DNA of 64,000 nucleotides, taken from contig OZ059898.1 of NCBI GenBank assembly GCA_964057225.1, positions 310,001-374,000 on the forward strand, in the 5' to 3' direction. This document shows, one piece after another, positions 1 through 14,400 of this stretch. A program made the translations under genes and the position numbers. Positions within the stretch are counted from its first letter, which is position 1. The number at the start of each line of letters is the position of its first letter. The notes under the pieces were generated by a model. The model saw only the letters and a program-made list of their open reading frames with translations. It did not search any database and was not told where the DNA came from. Source of the DNA: Auanema rhodensis (Eukaryota; Animalia; Nematoda).

Positions 1-699
1 ACGTGTACATTTAATTAGCATAAATTAAAGTTCACGTAAATTTCAAAGTCATGGTTACCATGCACCAATATCAATAAAAATTTGTTTTTAGACTAATATG
101 GACATGGGGAATCTAATTTTGAAAACCGCATCTCTTTATCTTTCACGTGAAGCGAGTTACATACCGAGTGCACATCACGTGTACATTTAATTAGCATAAA
201 TTAAAGTTCACGTAAATTTCAAAGTCATGGTTACCATGAACCAATATCAATAAAAATTTGTTTTTAGACTAATATGGACATGGGGAATCTAATTTTGAAA
301 ACCGCATCTCTTTATCTTTCACGTGAAGCGAGTTACATACCAAGTGCACATCACGTGTACATTTAATTAGCATAAATTAAAGTTCACGTAAATTTCAAAG
401 TCATGGTTACCATGCACCAATATCAATAAAAATTTGTTTTTAGACTAATATGGACATGGGAATCTAATTTTGGAAACCGCATCTCTTTATCTTTCACGTG
501 AAGCGAGTTACATACCAAGTGCACATCACGTGTACATTTAATTAGCATAAATTGAAGTTCACGTAAATTTCAAAGTCATGGTTACCATGAACCAATATCA
601 ATAAAAATTTATTTTTAGACTAATATGGACATGGGGAATCTAATTTTGAAAACCGCATCTCTTTATCTTTCACGTGAAGCGAGTTACATACCAAGTGCA

Positions 700-2450
700 C
701 ATCACGTGTACATTTAATTAGCATAAATTAAAGTTCACGTAAATTTCAAAGTCATGGTTACCATGAACCAATATCAATAAAAATTTGTTTTTAGACTACT
801 ATGGACATGGGGAATCTAATTTTGAAAACCGCATCTCTTTATCTTTCACGTGAAGCGAGTTACATACCAAGTGCACATCACGTGTACATTTAATTAGCAT
901 AAATTAAAGTTCACGTAAATTTCAAAGTCATGGTTACCATGCACCAATATCAATAAAAATTTGTTTTTAGACTAATATGGACATGGGGAATCTAATTTTG
1001 AAAACCGCATCTCTTTATCTTTCACGTGAAGCGAGTTACATACCAAGTGCACATCACGTGTACATTTAATTAGCATAAATTAAAGTTCACGTAAATTTCA
1101 AAGTCATGGTTACCATGCACCAATATCAATAAAAATTTGTTTTTAGACTAATATGGACATGGGGAATCTAATTTTGAAAACCGCATCTCTTTATCTTTCA
1201 CGTGAAGCGAGTTACATACCAAGTGCACATCATGTGTACATTTAATTAGCATAAATTAAAGTTCACGTAAATTTCAAAGTCATGGTTACCATGCACCAAT
1301 ATCAATAAAAATTTGTTTTTAGACTAATATGGACATGGGGAATCTAATTTTGAAAACCGCATCTCTTTATCTTTCACGTGAAGCGAGTTACATACCAAGT
1401 GCACATCACGTGTACATTTAATTAGCATAAATTAAAGTTCACGTAAATTTCAAAGTCATGGTTACCATGAACCAATATCAATAAAAATTTGTTTTTAGAC
1501 TAATATGGACATGGGGAATCTAATTTTGAAAACCGCATCTCTTTATCTTTCACGTGAAGCGAGTTACATACCAAGTGCACATCACGTGTACATTTAATTA
1601 GCATAAATTAAAGTTCACGTAAATTTCAAAGTCATGGTTACCATGAACCAATATCAATAAAAATTTGTTTTTAGACTACTATGGACATGGGGAATCTAAT
1701 TTTGAAAACCGCATCTCTTTATCTTTCACGTGAAGCGAGTTACATACCAAGTGCACATCACGTGTACATTTAATTAGCATAAATTAAAGTTCACGTAAAT
1801 TTCAAAGTCATGGTTACCATGCACCAATATCAATAAAAATTTGTTTTTAGACTAATATGGACATGGGGAATCTAATTTTGAAAACCGCATCTCTTTATCT
1901 TTCACGTGAAGCGAGTTACATACCAAGTGCACATCACGTGTACATTCAATTAGCATAAATTAAAGTTCACGTAAATTTCAAAGTCATGGTTACCATGCAC
2001 CAATATCAATAAAAATTTGTTTTTAGACTAATATGGACATGGGGAATCTAATTTTGAAAACCGCATCTCTTTATCTTTCACGTGAAGCGAGTTACATACC
2101 AAGTGCACATCATGTGTACATTTAATTAGCATAAATTAAAGTTCACGTAAATTTCAAAGTCATGGTTACCATGCACCAATATCAATAAAAATTTGTTTTT
2201 AGACTAATATGGACATGGGGAATCTAATTTTGAAAACCGCATCTCTTTATCTTTCACGTGAAGCGAGTTACATACCAAGTGCACATCACGTGTACATTTA
2301 ATTAGCATAAATTAAAGTTCACGTAAATTTCAAAGTCATGGTTACCATGAACCAATATCAATAAAAATTTGTTTTTAGACTAATATGGACATGGGGAATC
2401 TAATTTTGAAAACCGCATCTCTTTATCTTTCACGTGAAGCGAGTTACATA
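700..2450 (+). repeat. 5-monomer tandem duplication (880 bp); boundaries approximate
   Basis: The GACTACTATGG variant occurs at ~795 and ~1675, and the CATCATGTG variant at ~1228 and ~2108; both offsets are 880. Confidence 0.8.
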
Positions 2451-5400
2451 CCAAGTGCACATCACGTGTACATTTAATTAGCATAAATTAAAGTTCACGT
2501 AAATTTCAAAGTCATGGTTACCATGCACCAATATCAATAAAAATTTGTTTTTAGACTAATATGGACATGGGGGATCTAATTTTGAAAACCGCATCTCTTT
2601 ATCTTTCACGTGAAGCGAGTTACATACCAAGTGCACATCACGTGTACATTTAATTAGCATAAATTAAAGTTCACGTAAATTTCAAAGTCATGGTTACCAT
2701 GAACCAATATCAATAAAAATTTGCTTTTAGACTAATATGGACATGGGGAATCTAATTTTGAAAACCGCATCTCTTTATCTTTCACGTGAAGCGAGTTACA
2801 TACCGAGTGCACTTCACGTGTACATTTAATTAGCATAAATTAAAGTTCACGTAAATTTCAAAGTCATGGTTACCATGAACCAATATCAATAAAAATTTGT
2901 TTTTAGACTAATATGGACATGGGGAATCTAATTTTGAAAACCGCATCTCTTTATCTTTCACGTGAAGCGAGTTACATACCAAGTGCACATCACGTGTACA
3001 TTTAATTAGCATAAATTAAAGTTCACGTAAATTTCAAAGTCATGGTTACCATGAACCAATATCAATAAAATTTTGTTTTTAGACTAATATGAACATGGGG
3101 AATCTAATTTTGAAAACCCCATCTCTTTATCTTTCACGTGAAGCGAGTTACATACCAAGTGCACATCACGTGTACATTTAATTAGCATAAATTAAAGTTC
3201 ACGTAAATTTCAAAGTCATGGTTACCATGCACCAATATCAATAAAAATTTGTTTTTAGACTAATATGGACATGGGGAATCTAATTTTGAAAACCGCATCT
3301 CTTTATCTTTCACGTGAAGCGAGTTACATACCAAGTGCACATCACGTGTACATTTAATTAGCATAAATTAAAGTTCACGTAAATTTCAAAGTCATGGTTA
3401 CCATGCACCAATATCAATAAAAATTTGGTTTTAGACTAATATGGACATGGGGAATCTAATTTTGAAAACCGCATCTCTTTATCTTTCACGTGAAGCGAGT
3501 TACATACCAAGTGCACATCACGTGTACATTTAATTAGCATAAATTAAAGTTCACGTAAATTTCAAAGTCATGGTTACCATGAACCAATATCAATAAAAAT
3601 TTGTTTTTAGACTAATATGGACATGGGGAATCTAATTTTGAAAACCGCATCTCTTTATCTTTCACGTGAAGCGAGTTACATACCAAGTGCACATCACGTG
3701 TACATTTAATTAGCATAAATTAAAGTTCACGTAAATTTCAAAGTCATGGTTACCATGAAGCAATATCAATAAAAACTTGTTTTTAGACTAATATGGACAT
3801 GGGGAATCTAATTTTGAAAACCGCATCTCTTTATCTTTCACGTGAAGCGAGTTACATACCAAGTGCACATCACGTGTACATTTAATTAGCATAAATTAAA
3901 GTTCACGTAAATTTCAAAGTCATGGTTAACATGAACCAATATCAATAAAAATTTGTTTTTAGACTAATATGGACATGGGGAATCTAATTTTGAAAACCGC
4001 ATCTCTTTATCTTTCACGTGAAGCGAGTTACATACCAAGTGCACATCACGTGTACATTTAATTAGCATAAATTAAAGTTCACGTAAATTTCAAAGTCATG
4101 GTTACCATGAACCAATATCAATAAAAATTTGTTTTTAGACTAATATGGACATGGGGAATCTAATTTTGAAAACCGCATCTCTTCATCTTTCACGTGAAGC
4201 GAGTTACATACCAAGTGCACATCACGTGTACATTTAATTAGCATAAATTAAAGTTCACGTAAATTTCAAAGTCATGGTTACCATGAACCAATATCAATAA
4301 AAATTTGTTTTTAGACTAATATGGACATGGGGAATCTAATTTTGAAAACCGCATCTCTTTATCTTTCACGTGAAGCGAGTTACATACCAAGTGCACATCA
4401 CGTGTACATTTAATTAGCATAAATTAAAGTTCACGTAAATTTCAAAGTCATGGTTACCATGAACCAATATCAATAAAAATTTGTTTTTAGACTAATATGG
4501 ACATGGGGAATCTAATTTTGAAAACCGCATCTCTTTATCTTTCACGTGAAGCGAGTTACATACTAAGTGCACATCACGTGTACATTTAATTAGCATAAAT
4601 TAAAGTTCACGTAAATTTCAAAGTCATGGTTACCATGAAGCAATATCAATAAAAATTTATTTTTAGACTAATATGGACATGGGGAATCTAATTTTGAAAA
4701 CCGCATCTCTTTATCTTTCACGTGAAGCGAGTTACATACCAAGTGCACATCACGTGTACATTTAATTAGCATAAATTAAAGTTCACGTAAATTTCAAAGT
4801 CATGGTTACCATGAAGCAATATCAATAAAAATTTGTTTTTAGACTAATATGGACATGGGGAATCTAATTTTGAAAACCGCATCTCTTTATCTTTCACGTG
4901 AAGCGAGTTACATACCAAGTGCACATCACGTGTACATTTAATTAGCATAAATTAAAATTCACGTAAATTTCAAAGTCATGGTTACCATGAACCAATATCA
5001 ATAAAAATTTGTTTTTAGACTGATATGGACATGGGGAATCTAATTTTGAAAACCGCATCTCTTTATCTTTCACGTGAAGCGAGTTACATACCAAGTGCAC
5101 ATCACGTGTACATTTAATTAGCATAAATTAAAGTTCACGTAAATTTCAAAGTCATGGTTACCATGAACCAATATCAATAAAAATTTGTTTTTAGACTAAT
5201 ATGGACATGGGGAATCTAATTTTGAAAACCGCATCTCTTTATCTTTCACGTGAAGCGAGTTACATACCAAGTGCACATCACGTGTACATTTAATTAGCAT
5301 AAATTAAAGTTCACGTAAATTTCAAAGTCATGGTTACCATGAACCAATATCAATAAAAATTTGTTTTTAGACTAATATGGACATGGGGAATCTAATTTTG

Positions 5401-8400
5401 AAAACCGCATCTCTTCATCGTTCACGTGAAGCGAGTTACATACCAAGTGCACATCACGTGTACATTTAATTAGCATAAATTAAAGTTCACGTAAATTTCA
5501 AAGTCATGGTTACCATGCACCAATATCAATAAAAATTTGTTTTTAGACTAATATGGACATGGGGAATCTAATTTTGAAAACCGCATCTCTTTATCTTTCA
5601 CGTGAAGCGAGTTACATACCAAGTGCACATCACGTGTACATTTAATTAGCATAAATTAAAGTTCACGTAAAATTCAAAGTCATGGTTACCATGAACCAAT
5701 ATCAATAAAATGTTGTTTTTAGACTAATATGGACATGGGGAATCTAATTTTGAAAACCGCATCTCTTTATCTTTCACGTGAAGCGAGTTACATACCAAGT
5801 GCACATCACGTGTACATTTAATTAGCATAAATTAAAGTTCACGTAAATTTCAAAGTCATGGTTACCATGAAGCAATATCAATAAAAATTTGTTTTTAGAC
5901 TAATATGGACATGGGGAATCTAATTTTGAAAACCGCATCTCTTTATCTTTCACGTGAAGCGAGTTACATACCAAGTGCACATCACGTGTACATTTAATTA
6001 GCATAAATTAAAGTTCACGTAAAATTCAAAGTCATGGTTACCATGAACCAATATCAATAAAATGTTGTTTTTAGACTAATATGGACATGGGGAATCTAAT
6101 TTTGAAAACCGCATCTCTTTATCTTTCACGTGAAGCGAGTTACATACCAAGTGCACATCACGTGTACATTTAATTAGCATAAATTAAAGTTCACGTAAAT
6201 TTCAAAGTCATGGTTACCATGAACCAATATCAATAAAAATTTGTTTTTAGACTAATATGGACATGGGGAATCTAATTTTGAAAACCGCATCTCTTTATCT
6301 TTCACGTGAAGCGAGTTACATACCAAGTGCACATCACGTGTACATTTAATTAGCATAAATTAAAGTTCACGTAAAATTCAAAGTCATGGTTACCATGAAC
6401 CAATATCAATAAAAATTTGTTTTTAGACTAATATGGACATGGGGAATCTAATTTTGAAAACCGCATCTCTTTATCTTTCACGTGAAGCGAGTTACATACC
6501 AAGTGCACATCACGTGTACATTTGATTAGCATAAATTAAAGTTCACGTAAATTTCAAAGTCATGGTTACCATGAAGCAATATCAATAAAAATTTGTTTTT
6601 AGACTAATATGGACATGGGGAATCTAATTTTGAAAACCACATCTCTTTATCTTTCACGTGAAGCGAGTTACATACCAAGTGCACATCACGTGTACATTTA
6701 ATTAGCATAAATTAAAGTTCACGTAAATTTCAAAGTCATGGTTACCATGAACCAATATCAATAAAAATTTGTTTTTAGACTAATATGGACATGGGGAATC
6801 TAATTTTGAAAACCGCATCTCTTTATCTTTCACGTGAAGCGAGTTACATACCAAGTGCACATCACGTGTACATTTAATTAGCATAAATTAAAGTTCACGT
6901 AAATTTCAAAGTCATGGTTACCATGAAGCAATATCAATAAAAATTTGTTTTTAGACTAATATGGACATGGGGAATCTAATTTTGAAAACCGCATCTCTTT
7001 ATCTTTCACGTGAAGCGAGTTACATACCAAGTGCACATCACGTGTACATTTAATTAGCATAAATTAAAGTTCACGTAAATTTCAAAGTCATGGTTACCAT
7101 GCACCAATATCAATAAAAATTTGTTTTTAGACTAATATGGACATGGGGAATCTAATTTTGAAAACCGCATCTCTTTATCTTTCACGTGAAGCGAGTTACA
7201 TACCAAGTGCACATCACGTGTACATTTAATTAGCATAAATTAAAGTTCACGTAAATTTCAAAGTCATGGTTACCATGAACCAATATCAATAAAAATTTGT
7301 TTTTAGACTAATATGGACATGGGGAATCTAATTTTGAAAACCGCATCTCTTCATCTTTCACGTGAAGCGAGTTACATACCAAGTGCACATCACGTGTACA
7401 TTTAATTAGCATAAATTAAAGTTCACGTAAATTTCAAAGTCATGGTTACCATGCACCAATATCAATAAAAATTTGTTTTTAGACTAATATGGACATGGGG
7501 AATCTAATTTTGAAAACCGCATCTCTTCATCTTTCACGTGAAGCGAGTTACATACCAAGTGCACATCACGTGTACATTTAATTAGCATAAATTAAAGTTC
7601 ACGTAAATTTCAAAGTCATGGTTACCATGAACCATTATCAATAAAAATTTGTTTTTAGACTAATATGGACATGGGGAATCTAATTTTGAAAACCGCATCT
7701 CTTTATCTTTCACGTGAAGCGAGTTACATACCAAGTGCACATCACGTGTACATTTAATTAGCATAAATTAAAGTTCACGTAAATTTCAAAGTCATGGTTA
7801 CCATGAAGCAATATCAATAAAAATTTGTTTTTAGACTAATATGGACATGGGGAATCTAATTTTGAAAACCGCATCTCTTTATCTTTCACGTGAAGCGAGT
7901 TACATACCAAGTGCACATCACGTGTACATTTAATTAGCATAAATTAAAGTTCACGTAAATTTCAAAGTCATGGTTACCATGCACCAATATCAATAAAAAT
8001 TTGTTTTTAGACTAATATGGACATGGGGAATCTAATTTTGAAAACCGCATCTCTTTATCTTTCACGTGAAGCGAGTTACATACCAAGTGCACATCACGTG
8101 TACATTTAATTAGCATAAATTAAAGTTCACGTAAATTTCAAAGTCATGGTTACCATGCACCAATATCAATAAAAATTTGTTTTTAGACTAATATGGACAT
8201 GGGGAATCTAATTTTGAAAACCGCATCTCTTTATCTTTCACGTGAAGCGAGTTACATACCAAGTGCACATCACGTGTACATTTAATTAGCATAAATTAAA
8301 GTTCACGTAAATTTCAAAGTCATGGTTACCATGAACCAATATCAATAAAAATTTGTTTTTAGACTAATATGGACATGGGGAATCTAATTTTGAAAACCGC

Positions 8401-11400
8401 ATCTCTTTATCTTTCACGTGAAGCGAGTTACATACCAAGTGCACATCACGTGTACATTTAATTAGCATAAATTAAAGTTCACGTAAATTTCAAAGTCATG
8501 GTTACCATGAAGCAATATCAATAAAAATTTGTTTTTAGACTAATATGGACATGGGGAATCTAATTTTGAAAACCGCATCTCTTTATCTTTCACGTGAAGC
8601 GAGTTACATACCAAGTGCACATCACGTGTACATTTAATTAGCATAAATTAAAGTTCACGTAAATTTCAAAGTCATGGTTACCATGAAGCAATATCAATAA
8701 AAATTTGTTTTTAGACTAATATGGACATGGGGAATCTAATTTTGAAAACCGCATCTCTTTATCTTTCACGTGAAGCGAGTTACATACCAAGTGCACATCA
8801 CGTGTACATTTAATTAGCATAAATTAAAATTCACGTAAATTTCAAAGTCATGGTTACCATGAACCAATATCAATAAAAATTTGTTTTTAGACTAATATGG
8901 ACATGGGGAATCTAATTTTGAAAACCGCATCTCTTTATCTTTCACGTGAAGCGAGTTACATACCAAGTGCACATCACGTGTACATTTAATTAGCATAAAT
9001 TAAAGTTCACGTAAATTTCAAAGTCATGGTTACCATGAACCAATATCAATAAAAATTTGTTTTTAGACTAATATGGACATGGGGAATCTAATTTTGAAAA
9101 CCGCATCTCTTCATCGTTCACGTGAAGCGAGTTACATACCAAGTGCACATCACGTGTACATTTAATTAGCATAAATTAAAGTTCACGTAAATTTCAAAGT
9201 CATGGTTACCATGCACCAATATCAATAAAAATTTGTTTTTAGACTAATATGGACATGGGGAATCTAATTTTGAAAACCGCATCTCTTTATCTTTCACGTG
9301 AAGCGAGTTACATACCAAGTGCACATCACGTGTACATTTAATTAGCATAAATTAAAGTTCACGTAAATTTCAAAGTCATGGTTACCATGAACCAATATCA
9401 ATAAAAATTTGTTTTTAGACTAATATGGACATGGGGAATCTAATTTTGAAAACCGCATCTCTTTATCTTTCACGTGAAGCGAGTTACATACCAAGTGCAC
9501 ATCACGTGTACATTTAATTAGCATAAATTAAAGTTCACGTAAATTTCAAAGTCATGGTTACCATGAAGCAATATCAATAAAAATTTGTTTTTAGACTAAT
9601 ATGGACATGGGGAATCTAATTTTGAAAACCGCATCTCTTTATCTTTCACGTGAAGCGAGTTACATACCAAGTGCACATCACGTGTACATTTAATTAGCAT
9701 AAATTAAAGTTCACGTAAAATTCAAAGTCATGGTTACCATGAACCAATATCAATAAAATGTTGTTTTTAGACTAATATGGACATGGGGAATCTAATTTTG
9801 AAAACCGCATCTCTTTATCTTTCACGTGAAGCGAGTTACATACCAAGTGCACATCACGTGTACATTTAATTAGCATAAATTAAAGTTCACGTAAATTTCA
9901 AAGTCATGGTTACCATGAACCAATATCAATAAAAATTTGTTTTTAGACTAATATGGACATGGGGAATCTAATTTTGAAAACCACATCTCTTTATCTTTCA
10001 CGTGAAGCGAGTTACATACCAAGTGCACATCACGTGTACATTTAATTAGCATAAATTAAAGTTCACGTAAATTTCAAAGTCATGGTTACCATGAACCAAT
10101 ATCAATAAAAATTTGTTTTTAGACTAATATGGACATGGGGAATCTAATTTTGAAAACCGCATCTCTTCATCGTTCACGTGAAGCGAGTTACATACCAAGT
10201 GCACATCACGTGTACATTTAATTAGCATAAATTAAAGTTCACGTAAATTTCAAAGTCATGGTTACCATGCACCAATATCAATAAAAATTTGTTTTTAGAC
10301 TAATATGGACATGGGGAATCTAATTTTGAAAACCGCATCTCTTTATCTTTCACGTGAAGCGAGTTACATACCAAGTGCACATCACGTGTACATTTAATTA
10401 GCATAAATTAAAGTTCACGTAAATTTCAAAGTCATGGTTACCATGAACCAATATCAATAAAAATTTGTTTTTAGACTAATATGGACATGGGGAATCTAAT
10501 TTTGAAAACCGCATCTCTTTATCTTTCACGTGAAGCGAGTTACATACCAAGTGCACATCACGTGTACATTTAATTAGCATAAATTAAAGTTCACGTAAAT
10601 TTCAAAGTCATGGTTACCATGAAGCAATATCAATAAAAATTTGTTTTTAGACTAATATGGACATGGGGAATCTAATTTTGAAAACCGCATCTCTTTATCT
10701 TTCACGTGAAGCGAGTTACATACCAAGTGCACATCACGTGTACATTTAATTAGCATAAATTAAAGTTCACGTAAAATTCAAAGTCATGGTTACCATGAAC
10801 CAATATCAATAAAATGTTGTTTTTAGACTAATATGGACATGGGGAATCTAATTTTGAAAACCGCATCTCTTTATCTTTCACGTGAAGCGAGTTACATACC
10901 AAGTGCACATCACGTGTACATTTAATTAGCATAAATTAAAGTTCACGTAAATTTCAAAGTCATGGTTACCATGAACCAATATCAATAAAAATTTGTTTTT
11001 AGACTAATATGGACATGGGGAATCTAATTTTGAAAACCACATCTCTTTATCTTTCACGTGAAGCGAGTTACATACCAAGTGCACATCACGTGTACATTTA
11101 ATTAGCATAAATTAAAGTTCACGTAAATTTCAAAGTCATGGTTACCATGAACCAATATCAATAAAAATTTGTTTTTAGACTAATATGGACATGGGGAATC
11201 TAATTTTGAAAACCGCATCTCTTTATCTTTCACGTGAAGCGAGTTACATACCAAGTGCACATCACGTGTACATTTAATTAGCATAAATTAAAGTTCACGT
11301 AAATTTCAAAGTCATGGTTACCATGAACCAATATCAATAAAAATTTGTTTTTAGACTAATATGGACATGGGGAATCTAATTTTGAAAACCGCATCTCTTC

Positions 11401-14400
11401 ATCTTTCACGTGAAGCGAGTTACATACCAAGTGCACATCACGTGTACATTTAATTAGCATAAATTAAAGTTCACGTAAATTTCAAAGTCATGGTTACCAT
11501 GCACCAATATCAATAAAAATTTGTTTTTAGACTAATATGGACATGGGGAATCTAATTTTGAAAACCGCATCTCTTCATCTTTCACGTGAAGCGAGTTACA
11601 TACCAAGTGCACATCACGTGTACATTTAATTAGCATAAATTAAAGTTCACGTAAATTTCAAAGTCATGGTTACCATGAACCATTATCAATAAAAATTTGT
11701 TTTTAGACTAATATGGACATGGGGAATCTAATTTTGAAAACCGCATCTCTTTATCTTTCACGTGAAGCGAGTTACATACCAAGTGCACATCACGTGTACA
11801 TTTAATTAGCATAAATTAAAGTTCACGTAAATTTCAAAGTCATGGTTACCATGAAGCAATATCAATAAAAATTTGTTTTTAGACTAATATGGACATGGGG
11901 AATCTAATTTTGAAAACCGCATCTCTTTATCTTTCACGTGAAGCGAGTTACATACCAAGTGCACATCACGTGTACATTTAATTAGCATAAATTAAAGTTC
12001 ACGTAAATTTCAAAGTCATGGTTACCATGCACCAATATCAATAAAAATTTGTTTTTAGACTAATATGGACATGGGGAATCTAATTTTGAAAACCGCATCT
12101 CTTTATCTTTCACGTGAAGCGAGTTACATACCAAGTGCACATCACGTGTACATTTAATTAGCATAAATTATAGTTCACGTAAATTTCAAAGTCATGGTTA
12201 CCATGCACCAATATCAATAAAAATTTGTTTTTAGACTAATATGGACATGGGGAATCTAATTTTGAAAACCGCATCTCTTTATCTTTCACGTGAAGCGAGT
12301 TACATACCAAGTGCACATCACATGTACATTTAATTAGCATAAATTAAAGTTCACGTAAATTTCAAAGTCATGGTTACCATGAACCAATATCAATAAAAAT
12401 TTGTTTTTAGACTAATATGGACATGGGGAATCTAATTTTGAAAACCGCATCTCTTTATCTTTCACGTGAAGCGAGTTACATACCAAGTGCACATCACGTG
12501 TACATTTAATTAGCATAAATTAAAGTTCACGTAAATTTCAAAGTCATGGTTACCATGAAGCAATATCAATAAAAATTTGTTTTTAGACTAATATGGACAT
12601 GGGGAATCTAATTTTGAAAACCGCATCTCTTTATCTTTCACGTGAAGCGAGTTACATACCAAGTGCACATCACGTGTACATTTAATTAGCATAAATTAAA
12701 GTTCACGTAAATTTCAAAGTCATGGTTACCATGAAGCAATATCAATAAAAATTTGTTTTTAGACTAATATGGACATGGGGAATCTAATTTTGAAAACCGC
12801 ATCTCTTTATCTTTCACGTGAAGCGAGTTACATACCAAGTGCACATCACGTGTACATTTAATTAGCATAAATTAAAATTCACGTAAATTTCAAAGTCATG
12901 GTTACCATGAACCAATATCAATAAAAATTTGTTTTTAGACTAATATGGACATGGGGAATCTAATTTTGAAAACCGCATCTCTTTATCTTTCACGTGAAGC
13001 GAGTTACATACCAAGTGCACATCACGTGTACATTTAATTAGCATAAATTAAAGTTCACGTAAATTTCAAAGTCATGGTTACCATGAACCAATATCAATAA
13101 AAATTTGTTTTTAGACTAATATGGACATGGGGAATCTAATTTTGAAAACCGCATCTCTTCATCGTTCACGTGAAGCGAGTTACATACCAAGTGCACATCA
13201 CGTGTACATTTAATTAGCATAAATTAAAGTTCACGTAAATTTCAAAGTCATGGTTACCATGCACCAATATCAATAAAAATTTGTTTTTAGACTAATATGG
13301 ACATGGGGAATCTAATTTTGAAAACCGCATCTCTTTATCTTTCACGTGAAGCGAGTTACATACCAAGTGCACATCACGTGTACATTTAATTAGCATAAAT
13401 TAAAGTTCACGTAAATTTCAAAGTCATGGTTACCATGAACCAATATCAATAAAAATTTGTTTTTAGACTAATATGGACATGGGGAATCTAATTTTGAAAA
13501 CCGCATCTCTTTATCTTTCACGTGAAGCGAGTTACATACCAAGTGCACATCACGTGTACATTTAATTAGCATAAATTAAAGTTCACGTAAATTTCAAAGT
13601 CATGGTTACCATGAACCAATATCAATAAAATGTTGTTTTTAGACTAATATGGACATGGGGAATCTAATTTTGAAAACCGCATCTCTTTATCTTTCACGTG
13701 AAGCGAGTTACATACCAAGTGCACATCACGTGTACATTTAATTAGCATAAATTAAAGTTCACGTAAATTTCAAAGTCATGGTTACCATGAACCAATATCA
13801 ATAAAAATTTGTTTTTAGACTAATATGGACATGGGGAATCTAATTTTGAAAACCGCATCTCTTTATCTTTCACGTGAAGCGAGTTACATACCAAGTGCAC
13901 ATCACGTGTACATTTAATTAGCATAAATTAAAGTTCACGTAAAATTCAAAGTCATGGTTACCATGAACCAATATCAATAAAAATTTGTTTTTAGACTAAT
14001 ATGGACATGGGGAATCTAATTTTGAAAACCGCATCTCTTTATCTTTCACGTGAAGCGAGTTACATACCAAGTGCACATCACGTGTACATTTGATTAGCAT
14101 AAATTAAAGTTCACGTAAATTTCAAAGTCATGGTTACCATGAAGCAATATCAATAAAAATTTGTTTTTAGACTAATATGGACATGGGGAATCTAATTTTG
14201 AAAACCACATCTCTTTATCTTTCACGTGAAGCGAGTTACATACCAAGTGCACATCACGTGTACATTTAATTAGCATAAATTAAAGTTCACGTAAATTTCA
14301 AAGTCATGGTTACCATGAACCAATATCAATAAAAATTTGTTTTTAGACTAATATGGACATGGGGAATCTAATTTTGAAAACCGTATCTCTTTATCTTTCA

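Noticed and set aside
1-176. Assignment to a known ~176-bp satellite (Brassica CentBr, Apis AluI, alpha satellite, Arabidopsis CEN178)
   Set aside because: Only the length is similar. The consensus has no HindIII or AluI site (AGCT occurs only in a minor variant, e.g. 15328) and no CENP-B box, and I do not recognise the sequence. A database search is needed.
1-176. Tandem 5S rRNA, tRNA or snRNA gene array
   Set aside because: No recognisable 5S, tRNA or snRNA sequence or pol III A/B/C boxes; the unit is very AT-rich.
4942-5124. 60-aa ORF as a real gene
   Set aside because: It lies entirely within satellite monomers, exists only because one SNP removes the stop, and has no recognisable domain. 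The 176-bp unit is not a multiple of 3, so the array is not a coding repeat.
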